64,000 bases of DNA from an uncultured Planctomycetaceae bacterium (lineage in GTDB: Bacteria; Planctomycetota; Planctomycetia; Planctomycetales; Planctomycetaceae), in contig CAWFGE010000023.1 of the NCBI GenBank assembly GCA_963815195.1, positions 416,001 through 480,000 of the forward strand, written 5' to 3'. Position 1 is the first letter of the stretch; every line of letters starts with the position of its first letter. Below are positions 41,195 through 50,046 of this stretch, piece by piece. The notes beneath the pieces are model-generated. The model did not search any database, had not been told where the DNA came from, and saw only the letters and a list, made by a program, of their open reading frames with translations. The position numbers were made by a program, and so were the translations under genes.

Positions 41195-42679
41195 CTATTC
41201 CTCTTCTTCCAACAGCAGTTCCGACTTTAAGAGGAACGCGCCCTTGTCCACGATTCTCTGCCCCGGTTTGAGGCCGTGCTTGACTTCGACCCACTCCGGC
41301 GTCTCCATGCCCGTGACGATATCCAACCGCTCGTACCGCCCCGTGCCCACCTCGGCGAACAGGAACGTTTTGTCCTCGTGCTTCATCAGCGAATCCGGGG
41401 AGACAGCCAGCACATCTTTGGACCCGCCCACGGGAACTTTCACCCGCACAAACATCCCCGGCCGCAATCGGCCGGCGGCGTTGTCGATCTCGGCGAACAG
41501 CGGCAAGGCGTGCGATTGCCCGGACACCTCCCGCCCGATGTAAACGACCTTGGCTTTTAAGATTTCATCCGGCAGCGCGGGCGTTTGCACGAGGACGGTG
41601 TCCCCAAGATGAATCGCGAGCGCCGACCAGTCCCCGTCGCGAATCTCGGCGTCGGCCCACAATGTTTTCGTATCGGCCACGGTCAAGAGCGATTCGCCTT
41701 GCGTGACCCGCTCGCTCGGAGCGAACAGCAACTCCTCCACGGTGCCCGCGATCGGCGAGCGCAGCTCCACGGAAGACAGGTTCCGGGACTCATCGCCCGA
41801 GAACTCCTCGTCCTCGTATCCCAACAGGGTATTGAGCTTTTGGCGGCCGATCTCCAGTTGCCTTTGGGCATTTTTGTATTCGGCCTGGGCTTGGATGGAG
41901 CTTTGCCGCGTGTCGAACAAGACCTGTTCCGACAGGGCCCGAAACGCCGCCTGGGTCATCCGCTGGTTCGCGGTCCGCTCTTGCAAGGTCTTTGTGGGAA
42001 TCACGCCTGCGCTGCGGATGGACTCGGTTCCGCTCAAGAGTTGATCCGCCAACTGATAGCGGGCATAGGCCGACATCAGCGTCTCCCGGCTTTTGCCCAA
42101 GGTCCGGGCCTTGAACGTCTTTTCCACGTCCATCACGTCCGGCGCCGTGTTGAGGACTTCGATCAAATCCTGCGTGTTGGCGACGACTTTCTGCTCCCAA
42201 TCCCAACGGCGGGACGCGAGATCCAACTTTGTCTCGAGCTGCAGGACTTCCGCCCGCGCCAGCCCGACCGCGGGGCTGTAAAACAAAGCCAACAAACCGC
42301 CCGGCTCCACGGTGTCGCCGGGCTTGACGGCCATCCGCTTGAGCATGCCGTCCGTGGGGGCCCGCAAGGCGATGTGCTTCGTCTGGTTGTACTCAAGCCG
42401 GCCGGGAATCATCCGCCAGTCCCGGAGCGGGCGAATCTCAGCCGGGGAAGCGTGCAGGTGGGCGTTTTGAAGATGGCCGGACGACATGGTGACCACCGGG
42501 TTTGGGTTGGACGAAGCATTTTCGCCGGCATCCATCGGCCCGGCGTCTTGTGGTTCGCCCGCAGGACTCCAGAACCCCGAAAGGCCGCCCCAGACCCCGA
42601 CGGTGAGCAGCACAACAATCAGCAGGCCCCCCGACAACAAAATGGGATGGCGGAGCCATTGGACGGCAGAAGATTTCAT
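41195..42679 (-). CDS. czcB: RND efflux periplasmic adaptor (CzcB-like)
   Basis: N-terminal TM, lipoyl half-motifs (VKPGDTV; LRSPIAGTV), LRPGMFVRV, long coiled coil. Confidence 0.88.
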   Translation of the reverse strand: MKSSAVQWLRHPILLSGGLLIVVLLTVGVWGGLSGFWSPAGEPQDAGPMDAGENASSNPNPVVTMSSGHLQNAHLHASPAEIRPLRDWRMIPGRLEYNQTKHIALRAPTDGMLKRMAVKPGDTVEPGGLLALFYSPAVGLARAEVLQLETKLDLASRRWDWEQKVVANTQDLIEVLNTAPDVMDVEKTFKARTLGKSRETLMSAYARYQLADQLLSGTESIRSAGVIPTKTLQERTANQRMTQAAFRALSEQVLFDTRQSSIQAQAEYKNAQRQLEIGRQKLNTLLGYEDEEFSGDESRNLSSVELRSPIAGTVEELLFAPSERVTQGESLLTVADTKTLWADAEIRDGDWSALAIHLGDTVLVQTPALPDEILKAKVVYIGREVSGQSHALPLFAEIDNAAGRLRPGMFVRVKVPVGGSKDVLAVSPDSLMKHEDKTFLFAEVGTGRYERLDIVTGMETPEWVEVKHGLKPGQRIVDKGAFLLKSELLLEEEE

Positions 42680-42814
42680 GGCAGTTGTCTCAGCAAAAAT
42701 GGCCGCGAGGCAGCAGGAAAGCCTCACATCGACTCAGGGACCGAACCGGATTAATGCGCACGGGAAAGCGGCGGCGGCTTCGATGGAAGACGAAGCGGAA
42801 CGATCAAAATCCGC

Positions 42815-43332
42815 TTAGCAACGAGCGACGCTGAGAATGTCGCAAAGCGAAATCCGCGCGGAGAATGTCTGCAGAAACTGCCGGGCGCGGGCGGCGAAGC
42901 GGTCCCGGGTGCATTCTCGAACTCTTCGCAATCCCGCTGCCACGCTTGGAAAGAGTCCGCCCACGCGAACTGCCGCTCCATGTCGAACTGCGGCGAAGAC
43001 GCGGGACCGTCCAGACACGGGCTGTGGTCTTCCGTCATCAACACGGGCAGCCGCGGTGATTCGGGATCCTTGGGGGCCTGTTGGTCGCAGCCGCCCATCT
43101 GCCACAAGAGGGCAAAATGCACATGCCACTCGGAACGGGCGGGATGCATTTTCAATCCGGGATGAAAATGCTCGAGATGCCAAGCCAAATCGCGGTCCGC
43201 GGCTTCCTCCGCCATTTCATGCCGATGCACCCAAGGCAGGGGGGCATTCCACAACGCGAGGCACACAGGCAGGAAGATCAAAGATCGAACCCACCCTGCG
43301 GCGTGCCAGGTTGTGGAGAATTTGGTCAACAT
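42815..43332 (-). CDS. His-rich exported hypothetical protein upstream of czcBA, frameshift near 42890
   Basis: PLPWVHRHE...WHLEHFH...EWHVHF; alternative-frame C-terminus ...LCDILSVARC*. Confidence 0.6.
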
Positions 43333-43561
43333 CGAACGATGGTGCTGGCCGGAGAAATAGGAACCCACGTTGTTTAGATATATAGTATTTCACCCGGCCC
43401 ACCCTGGGTCAAGATCCCCCTCCAAATTGAGATTCATTCCCAGGGCCGGCCTTTTTTCCGATTTTTGGAGAAAAATCGCAAATCTTATAAATCCGCGCCG
43501 CCAACGTTTCGTAAAGAGGACTACTTCCCAGATCTCTCCCCCTCAATCCAAGCGAAAACCC

Positions 43562-44446
43562 ATGAAACAATCTTACGATCAATGGCAAATTCTTCCCGGC
43601 GACCGATTTTCCGTTTGCGGCCAAACCGTCCAAGCCCTTCCCGCGGCGGCCTATCTCTGCGAACTGGATTGTTACGGCAAGGCGGTGCTCAAACGGCATT
43701 CGCTGCAGGTGGACGATTTGATCGACATTCCCGACTCCCTCGCCAACCGAGTGCTCGAAGAAGTCGAGGACTTTTGGAACCGGGGCGATTTGTTTGCCCA
43801 GTTCGGCTTTCTCCACCGCCGGGGTTATATGTTCTATGGAATCCAGGGCAGCGGCAAGTCCTCGCTGATTCATCAAATCGTCGCCAGAATCATTGAAGCC
43901 GGGCACGTGGCGTTCTTCTGCGTCCATCCTTACGCCTTCCTGAATTGCGTGCAGGAGTTCCGCCGGGTCGAAGAAGATCGGCCGATGGTCTGCGTGTTTG
44001 AAGATGTGGACGCGATCATCGAAAACTTCGGCGACAGCGAAATCCTGCAATGGCTCGACGGGAATTACCAGGTCAACACGGCCGTAAACATCGCCAGCAC
44101 GAACTATCCCGAAAAGCTCGACCCCAGGCTCGTGTCCCGGCCGCGGCGGTTCGACCGGGTTCTCGAAATCGGCCTGCCCTCGGCCGACCAGCGCGAGGCC
44201 TACCTCAACCGCAAACGCCCACACATGGCTCCCGGCGAGCGGGAAATCTGGGTCCAGGAAACGGAAGGACTCTCCTTCGCGAGCTTGGCGGAACTCATCA
44301 TCAGCGTGTGCTGCTTGGGGAACGATTTCCACGAGACCCTGCAAACGCTCCGCGACCAGCACGTGGCGGGGCGCTTCGGCACGGAAAGCCCGGAAGAGGA
44401 ACGCCGTCAACTCCAAATGACGGGTTCGGATTGCGAAGAGTTTTAG
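43562..44446 (+). CDS. AAA+ ATPase, BCS1-like
   Basis: HRRGYMFYGIQGSGKS (Walker A), VCVFEDVD (Walker B), STNYPEKLDPRLVSRPRRFD (SRH). Confidence 0.85.
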   Translation: MKQSYDQWQILPGDRFSVCGQTVQALPAAAYLCELDCYGKAVLKRHSLQVDDLIDIPDSLANRVLEEVEDFWNRGDLFAQFGFLHRRGYMFYGIQGSGKSSLIHQIVARIIEAGHVAFFCVHPYAFLNCVQEFRRVEEDRPMVCVFEDVDAIIENFGDSEILQWLDGNYQVNTAVNIASTNYPEKLDPRLVSRPRRFDRVLEIGLPSADQREAYLNRKRPHMAPGEREIWVQETEGLSFASLAELIISVCCLGNDFHETLQTLRDQHVAGRFGTESPEEERRQLQMTGSDCEEF

Positions 44447-44466
44447 GGGCTTCCCACCGCTCCGTC

Positions 44467-45586
44467 TTAGCTCGCCTTGGTGGTGATGCCTTTGAGCCAC
44501 ATCTTGAGCTGTTCTGGGTTCGGGGAAATCTCGAAGGCGGCGGCGCGGCTGATGAATTCGCGATCGACAAAATCCTTCAGGCTGTGATTGAAGGCTTGCA
44601 TGCCGTCTTCCCGGTCGTAAATCACGCTGTAGAGCTTTTCGTCGGCGTTCTCCGAGACGTATTTGCGGACGCTCGGATTAAACCGCATGATCTCCACGAT
44701 CGGCACCCGGCCCGGCTCGTCCACAATCGTTTTGAGCAGCTTCTGGCCGCAGATCGCCCGCATGTTCATAGACATCGTCGCCCGGATGGCGTTGTGCATC
44801 ATCGGCGGGAACAAGTCCAGAATACGGGCAATCGTGCCCGGCGCGGAACTGGCGTGGATCGTCCCGAACACGAGGTGCCCGGTCTCTGCCGCGTGAATGG
44901 CCGTCTCGAACGTGTCCCGGTCCCGCATTTCCCCCACGAGCATGATGTCCGGGTCTTCGCGGACGGCGTGCTTCATCGCCACGTGGAAGTCGATCACGTC
45001 CTGCCCGATCTCTCGCTGGTTGATCAGGCAGTTGTCGGAGGTGTAAACGAATTCGATCGGGTCTTCGATCGTCAAAATGTGCTTGTTCATGTTGTGGTTG
45101 ATCCAGTCCAGCATCGAGGCGATCGTGGTCGATTTCCCCGAACCGGTCACCCCGGCCAAGAGCACCATGCCCTGGTCGTACTTGCAGAGGCTCTCCATCA
45201 CCGGCGGCAGGTAGAGTTTCTCGAACGGCGGGATGAAGCGTTCGATTTTCCGGGCCACCATTCCGACTTTGCTCAACTGCGTCAGCAAATTCACGCGGAA
45301 CCGCCACGGTTCATCGTTATAAACCATCGTCTTGGCAAAGTCCGCCCCGCCGTCGCGGTGGAAAATGTCGAGGTTCCGCTGGTCCATCATGGGGAACGTC
45401 AGCTCGATCATTTTCGATTCGCTGATCGGCGGCATGTCCAGCGTCTTCAGTCCGCCTCGCATCCGAAAGATCGGCGGGCGATCCACCTGCAGGTGTATAT
45501 CGGAAGCGCCAATTTGACCGCTGCCTTGAAGATTTTGTCGATTTCGATTTCTTTTTTCGGATCGAATGTGGACTTGGTCCACTCAT
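44467..45586 (-). CDS. pilT: PilT/PilU type IV pilus retraction ATPase, N-terminal frameshifts
   Basis: IDKIFKAAVKL/GASDIHL, GVTGSGKSTT, TIEDPIE, AVREDPD..VGEMRD, AETGHLVFGTIH. Confidence 0.92.
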
Positions 45587-45996
45587 GAACCATCACCATG
45601 AATGTTCCCTCGCCGGCATGGATCGATGCCGGTTAATGAAAGGCTGCGAAGCAATTTTAGATAACACGAAAAGCCCGCCAATAAATATCCTACCCGATTC
45701 GTTCCCGCCCGTCCAAGATTATTCCCCCTCATTTGCCCATGGGGTGAATCAGGGTGGCACCCCGATCTACCTGCTTTTGTGAGACACACTCTTCTCCATC
45801 ACAAGCGGAGGCTGCCGGTGCCTGCGGCGGGGCGGTTTGGCATGACTCCGCGGATCTGCTAAGGTTCATTCGAGGAGATTTGGAACCGGGCACGGGCGGG
45901 GAGATATACAGTGGGACAGCGATTCCCGCCGGTGCCGAAGTAAGTTTGACGATCCGCATGCAAAGGATGGTCTGTCCCACAAGCAAGGGGAATTTC

Positions 45997-46479
45997 ATGC
46001 AAATTACCAAGGACAAAGTCGCCACGATCGACTACACGCTCAAGAACGATGAAGGCGATGTGCTCGATACGTCCCAGGGTGGGCCACCGCTGTCGTATCT
46101 GCACGGAGCCCGCAACATTATCCCCGGCTTGGAAACCGCCTTGGAAGGCCAAAGCCCCGGCGATGAGGTGAACGTCTCCGTTCCCCCCGAGCAGGGTTAC
46201 GGCGAGCGGAACGAAGGCCTCCGCCAACAGGTGGACCGCAGCCAATTCCAAGGCGTGGACGACCTCGCCGTCGGCATGCAGTTCCGCGTGCCGACCAACC
46301 AGGGCGATATGGTCGTCCACGTCGCGGAGATCGAGGGCGAAACCGTGACCGTCGACGGCAATCATCAACTGGCCGGCATGACGCTGCACTTCGATGTCAC
46401 TGTCCGCGATGTCCGCGAAGCCACCGAGGAAGAAAAAACCCACGGCCACGTCCACGGCCCCGGCGGGCATGCTCATTAG
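45997..46479 (+). CDS. slyD: FKBP-type PPIase SlyD
   Basis: LSYLHGARNIIPGLE, VDGNHQLAG, His-rich tail HGHVHGPGGHAH. Confidence 0.95.
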   Translation: MQITKDKVATIDYTLKNDEGDVLDTSQGGPPLSYLHGARNIIPGLETALEGQSPGDEVNVSVPPEQGYGERNEGLRQQVDRSQFQGVDDLAVGMQFRVPTNQGDMVVHVAEIEGETVTVDGNHQLAGMTLHFDVTVRDVREATEEEKTHGHVHGPGGHAH

Positions 46480-46699
46480 TTGAAGGGGCAAAGGCTTCGA
46501 ACAAGGGGCAAAGGCCACAGAGGAGCAAAGGGTTTTGCGGGGATGGTGCGCACTTTGCCCAACCGCTTCTGGCATTTGGATTTCCGTCATTCGGATTTCG
46601 AGATTTGCATTGGGGATTTCCCGCTTTGATCCGTTTCGGGCTTGGCTGCGTTTTCCTGTGTATTGGTCCAATGGTTGGCCCTCACACGGGAGAAATGTC

Positions 46700-47744
46700 A
46701 TGAAAAAACGGTCGATGTTGGCAGCGTTCGTGTTGATGTCGTTCGCGGTCATCGGTTGCCGGCCTTACGATGTGCCGGAGTTCAAGGAGATCGAAACCAG
46801 CCACTCGGCGTTTCTCGTGCCCTTGGAGAACGATGCGGAAGAGCAGATCGCCTTCGCGTCCGAGGCGTTCTTAAAGCAGCACAAGATCTCGACCAAGCGC
46901 ATCCAGATCCCACACCGCTGGGTCCAGAAGGGGCGGTTCTGGTTCGACGGCGAATGGGTGGGCACCAAGCGGCTCATTACCGTGGACCGCGCACCGATCA
47001 CCCGCGAATGGGTCGCCAGCCGCGACCAGGGCACCTCGGCCAAGGATGAAGCCCTGTGGGTGGAATCGCAAGATTCCGTCGGCTTTTCCACAGGCATCAC
47101 CTGCACAGCGCAGGATTCCCGACGAGGACGCGGCCATCAAGTTCCTGTTCAACTATCCCGGCGGTTCGCTGGCCAACGTGATGGACACCGAAATCCGCGC
47201 CCGCATCCAGAAAGTCATGGCCCGCAAGGCGGCGGAGTACATCATGGACGAACTGCGGGAAAAGAAAAACGAAATCATGGATGACATCGAAGCCGACGTG
47301 GTGCCGTTCTTTGAAGACCGGGGCATCGAGATCACCACCATCGGCCAGTTCGGCGGGTTCACCTATGAGAACAAGGAAATCCAGCAGGCGATCGACAACG
47401 TGTTCAAAGCCCAACAAGACGAGGAAGTCGCCAAGGCCGAGTACAAGGCCCAGGTCGAACGCAATAAGACCGTCGAGATGGAGGCCCAGGGCAAAGCGAT
47501 GGCGGTCCAGAAAGAAGCCGAGGGCAAAGCGGAGGCCATCAAATCCGTCGCCGACGCGAAGGTGTACGAAATCGAAAAAGCGCTCGAGAACCAGGAAGTC
47601 TATCTGCGGTTAAAGCAGTTGGAACTGGAAGAAAAGCGCATGGAAAAATGGGACGGCCGCTATCCGACCTATTTGATGAACGTCGGCGAAGGCGAAGCCA
47701 TGCCCAATCTCATCCTGCCCATGCCCGCCACGGCGGGGAAATGA
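46700..47744 (+). CDS. SPFH/band-7 domain lipoprotein, frameshift near 47112
   Basis: Lipobox AVIGC, VMDTEIRARIQ, Ala/Glu coiled coil (EAQGKA/EAEGKA), EKWDGRYP. Confidence 0.8.
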
Positions 47745-47946
47745 GCGGAGAGCCAAGAGCGGAGGGCTAAGAGCCGGAAAGAAGAATCAAGAGTCCACGC
47801 CCAACGGAAATCGGCCTGAGGGAAATCGCGAAGTTCTGCCTATTCCCAAGCCAAGCGTTTCCCGCTAAAAAGTGAATAGGCTGCCGGGCGTCCGGGGCCG
47901 CTGGGCTCTTGATTTTTCATTGATCGAATCACCGATTTCCGAGCTG

Positions 47947-48735
47947 ATGAACTCTTCGCCTCTGCACTTTTTTCCGCTGACGCTGCCTTACACGCTGATC
48001 CTGGTCCTGCTCGTTGCGGGACTCTTGATTCTGCTGCAATTGCAGGTTCTCAAATATGCCTACGAGAAACTGGGGCTGCATCCTTATGCGGTTTTGGGGA
48101 TTCTGATGTTGTCGCTGTTGGGCGGGTTTGTGAATATCCCCGTGGCGGAGTTGCCGAAGGAGAAGACCCTTGATAAAGAAGTGGTCCGCTTTGCCGGGGT
48201 GGATTATGTCGTCCCGGTCGTGCGAAGCTGGCCGGGGACGGTCATCGCGGTCAACGTGGGCGGGGCGGTCGTGCCGGCCTTGCTCTCGATCTATCTGGTC
48301 TTCAAATATCGGCTGTTTCTGCGGGGGTTGATCGCCACGGCGATCGTCGCGCTCGTGGTGCATAAGCTGGCCTATCCGGTCAAGGGTCTGGGGATCGCCA
48401 CGCCGACTTTTGTTCCGCCCATCGTGGCCGCGGGGATGGGACTTTTGATTGGCCGGCAATTCGCCGCTCCCTTGGCGTACGTGGCCGGTTGCATGGGCAC
48501 GCTGATCGGGGCGGACCTTTTGAACCTCGACAAAATTCAAGGGCTGGGCGCATCGATGGCGTCCATCGGCGGCGCGGGGACCTACGACGGCGTGTTTCTG
48601 ACGGGCATCTTTGCCGTGCTCTTGACCTGGAGTCCCGCCCCCAAATCCGTGCCCGCCGGCGCGAACGAGTCGCCCCCATCGAACATGCCCCAAACCGAGC
48701 CGAAGCCCTCATCTCGCGCTCCGGAGAACCCGTGA
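47947..48735 (+). CDS. DUF1614 membrane protein
   Basis: GGFVNIPV, IAVNVGGAVVP, GTLIGADLLNL, SIGGAGTYDGVFLTG. Confidence 0.88.
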   Translation: MNSSPLHFFPLTLPYTLILVLLVAGLLILLQLQVLKYAYEKLGLHPYAVLGILMLSLLGGFVNIPVAELPKEKTLDKEVVRFAGVDYVVPVVRSWPGTVIAVNVGGAVVPALLSIYLVFKYRLFLRGLIATAIVALVVHKLAYPVKGLGIATPTFVPPIVAAGMGLLIGRQFAAPLAYVAGCMGTLIGADLLNLDKIQGLGASMASIGGAGTYDGVFLTGIFAVLLTWSPAPKSVPAGANESPPSNMPQTEPKPSSRAPENP

Positions 48736-48738
48736 CCT

Positions 48739-49512
48739 ATGCCGCCCAAATCCGAACTCGTCAAACTGCTCGCCCGGCTCGAAGCCGGCGAATTGGACAT
48801 CGGCGAAACAGCCGATGCTCTGCTCGCACAGAGCGGCGCTCCGCGCTCGGCGATCACCGACGACGCCCACATCGACCTCGATCGGCATTCGCGGTGCGGG
48901 TTTCCGGAAGTGATTTACGGCGAAGGCAAAACGCCGGCGGCGATGGTCGAGATTATCGAGCAGTTAAGCGGCCAAGGCCAGGCGGTGCTGGCGACGCGCG
49001 TCTCCGCGGAGCAGGCGGCCGCGGTGAGGAGCCGGTTTCCGCAGATGATCCACAACGAAACCGCCCGCACACTGCGGATGCCGAGCGAACCTCCGCAGCC
49101 GATCCGCGGGCGGGTGCAGGTGGTCACGGCGGGCACCAGCGACCGCCCCGTGGCCGAGGAAGCGCTCGAGACGCTCTGGTGGATGAACTGCGAAGCCGGT
49201 TTGGTGATTGACGTCGGCGTCGCGGGGCCGCATCGCTTGCTCTATCATCTGGAATCGCTCCGCGGTTGCGACGCGATCGTGGTCGCGGCGGGGATGGAAG
49301 GGGCGCTGCCGTCCGTCGTGGGCGGGCACGTCGATTGCCCGGTGGTCGCGGTTCCGACGAGCGTGGGCTACGGGGCGAACCTGGGCGGATGGTCGGCCTT
49401 GTTGGGGATGCTCAATAGCTGTGCCGCCAATGTGACGGTGGTGAATATCGACGCGGGATTCAAAGCCGGCTACATCGCCGGCCTGATCGCCAAACGTTGC
49501 TCCAAATCTTGA
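48739..49512 (+). CDS. larB: Nickel-pincer cofactor biosynthesis protein LarB (PurE-like)
   Basis: GFPEVIYGEGK, TAGTSDRPVAEEA, DVGVAGPHRL, AGMEGALPSVVGG, VPTSVGYG, VVNID. Confidence 0.9.
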   Translation: MPPKSELVKLLARLEAGELDIGETADALLAQSGAPRSAITDDAHIDLDRHSRCGFPEVIYGEGKTPAAMVEIIEQLSGQGQAVLATRVSAEQAAAVRSRFPQMIHNETARTLRMPSEPPQPIRGRVQVVTAGTSDRPVAEEALETLWWMNCEAGLVIDVGVAGPHRLLYHLESLRGCDAIVVAAGMEGALPSVVGGHVDCPVVAVPTSVGYGANLGGWSALLGMLNSCAANVTVVNIDAGFKAGYIAGLIAKRCSKS

Positions 49513-49529
49513 CGAAGCGGACTTCGCGA

Positions 49530-50045
49530 ATGACGCAAGACGACGCAAACGAATCACCCCCACCGCGCCGGCGTTCCTCGCGGCTTCGTCGGGGGTTATT
49601 TCTGGCCGGGGGATTGGGAATTCTCTTGGGAGTGATGGTCGTGGGGAATTGGTTCGCGGGAAAACCCGAAGGTCTGGGCGTGCAAAACGGCCGCCTGGCG
49701 AATTGCCCCGATTCGCCGAATTGCGTTTGCTCCCAGGACGAGCGTGAATCCCATTACGTGGAACCGTTCACGTTCGAAGGCGCTCCGCAGGCGGCGTTTG
49801 CGCGGTTGGCTCGAATCATAAAATCCCAGCCGCGCACGAAGATCGTCGAAGAGACCGACACGTATCTCCGCGTGGAAGTCACGACGCGCGTGCTCCGGTT
49901 TGTGGACGATGTGGAGTTTCTTTTGAAACCGGAAGAGCAGCGGATCCACGTCCGCTCCGCGTCGCGGGTCGGCCATTCCGACATGGGCGCCAACCGCGAC
50001 CGCGTGGAACATCTCCGCGAAGCCTTCAACAAGGCGGCGGAATAA
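49530..50045 (+). CDS. DUF1499 domain protein
   Basis: LANCPDSPNCVCSQ, FVDDVEF, RSASRVGHSDMGANRDRVE. Confidence 0.9.
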   Translation: MTQDDANESPPPRRRSSRLRRGLFLAGGLGILLGVMVVGNWFAGKPEGLGVQNGRLANCPDSPNCVCSQDERESHYVEPFTFEGAPQAAFARLARIIKSQPRTKIVEETDTYLRVEVTTRVLRFVDDVEFLLKPEEQRIHVRSASRVGHSDMGANRDRVEHLREAFNKAAE

Positions 50046-50046
50046 C

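Noticed and set aside
44050..45588. 512-aa plus-strand ORF, and similar long antisense ORFs (38179-40062, 31411-33042, 61474-63384)
   Set aside because: These are shadows of real genes in GC-rich DNA and carry no recognisable motifs
43562..47744. Prophage or defence island around the AAA ATPase and SPFH genes
   Set aside because: They are separated by pilT and slyD, and there are no integrase, structural genes or att sites
49596..50046. C-terminal extension of the 1029-aa kinase ORF across DUF1499
   Set aside because: Out-of-frame read-through after the indel near 50695; the true stop is at 50047
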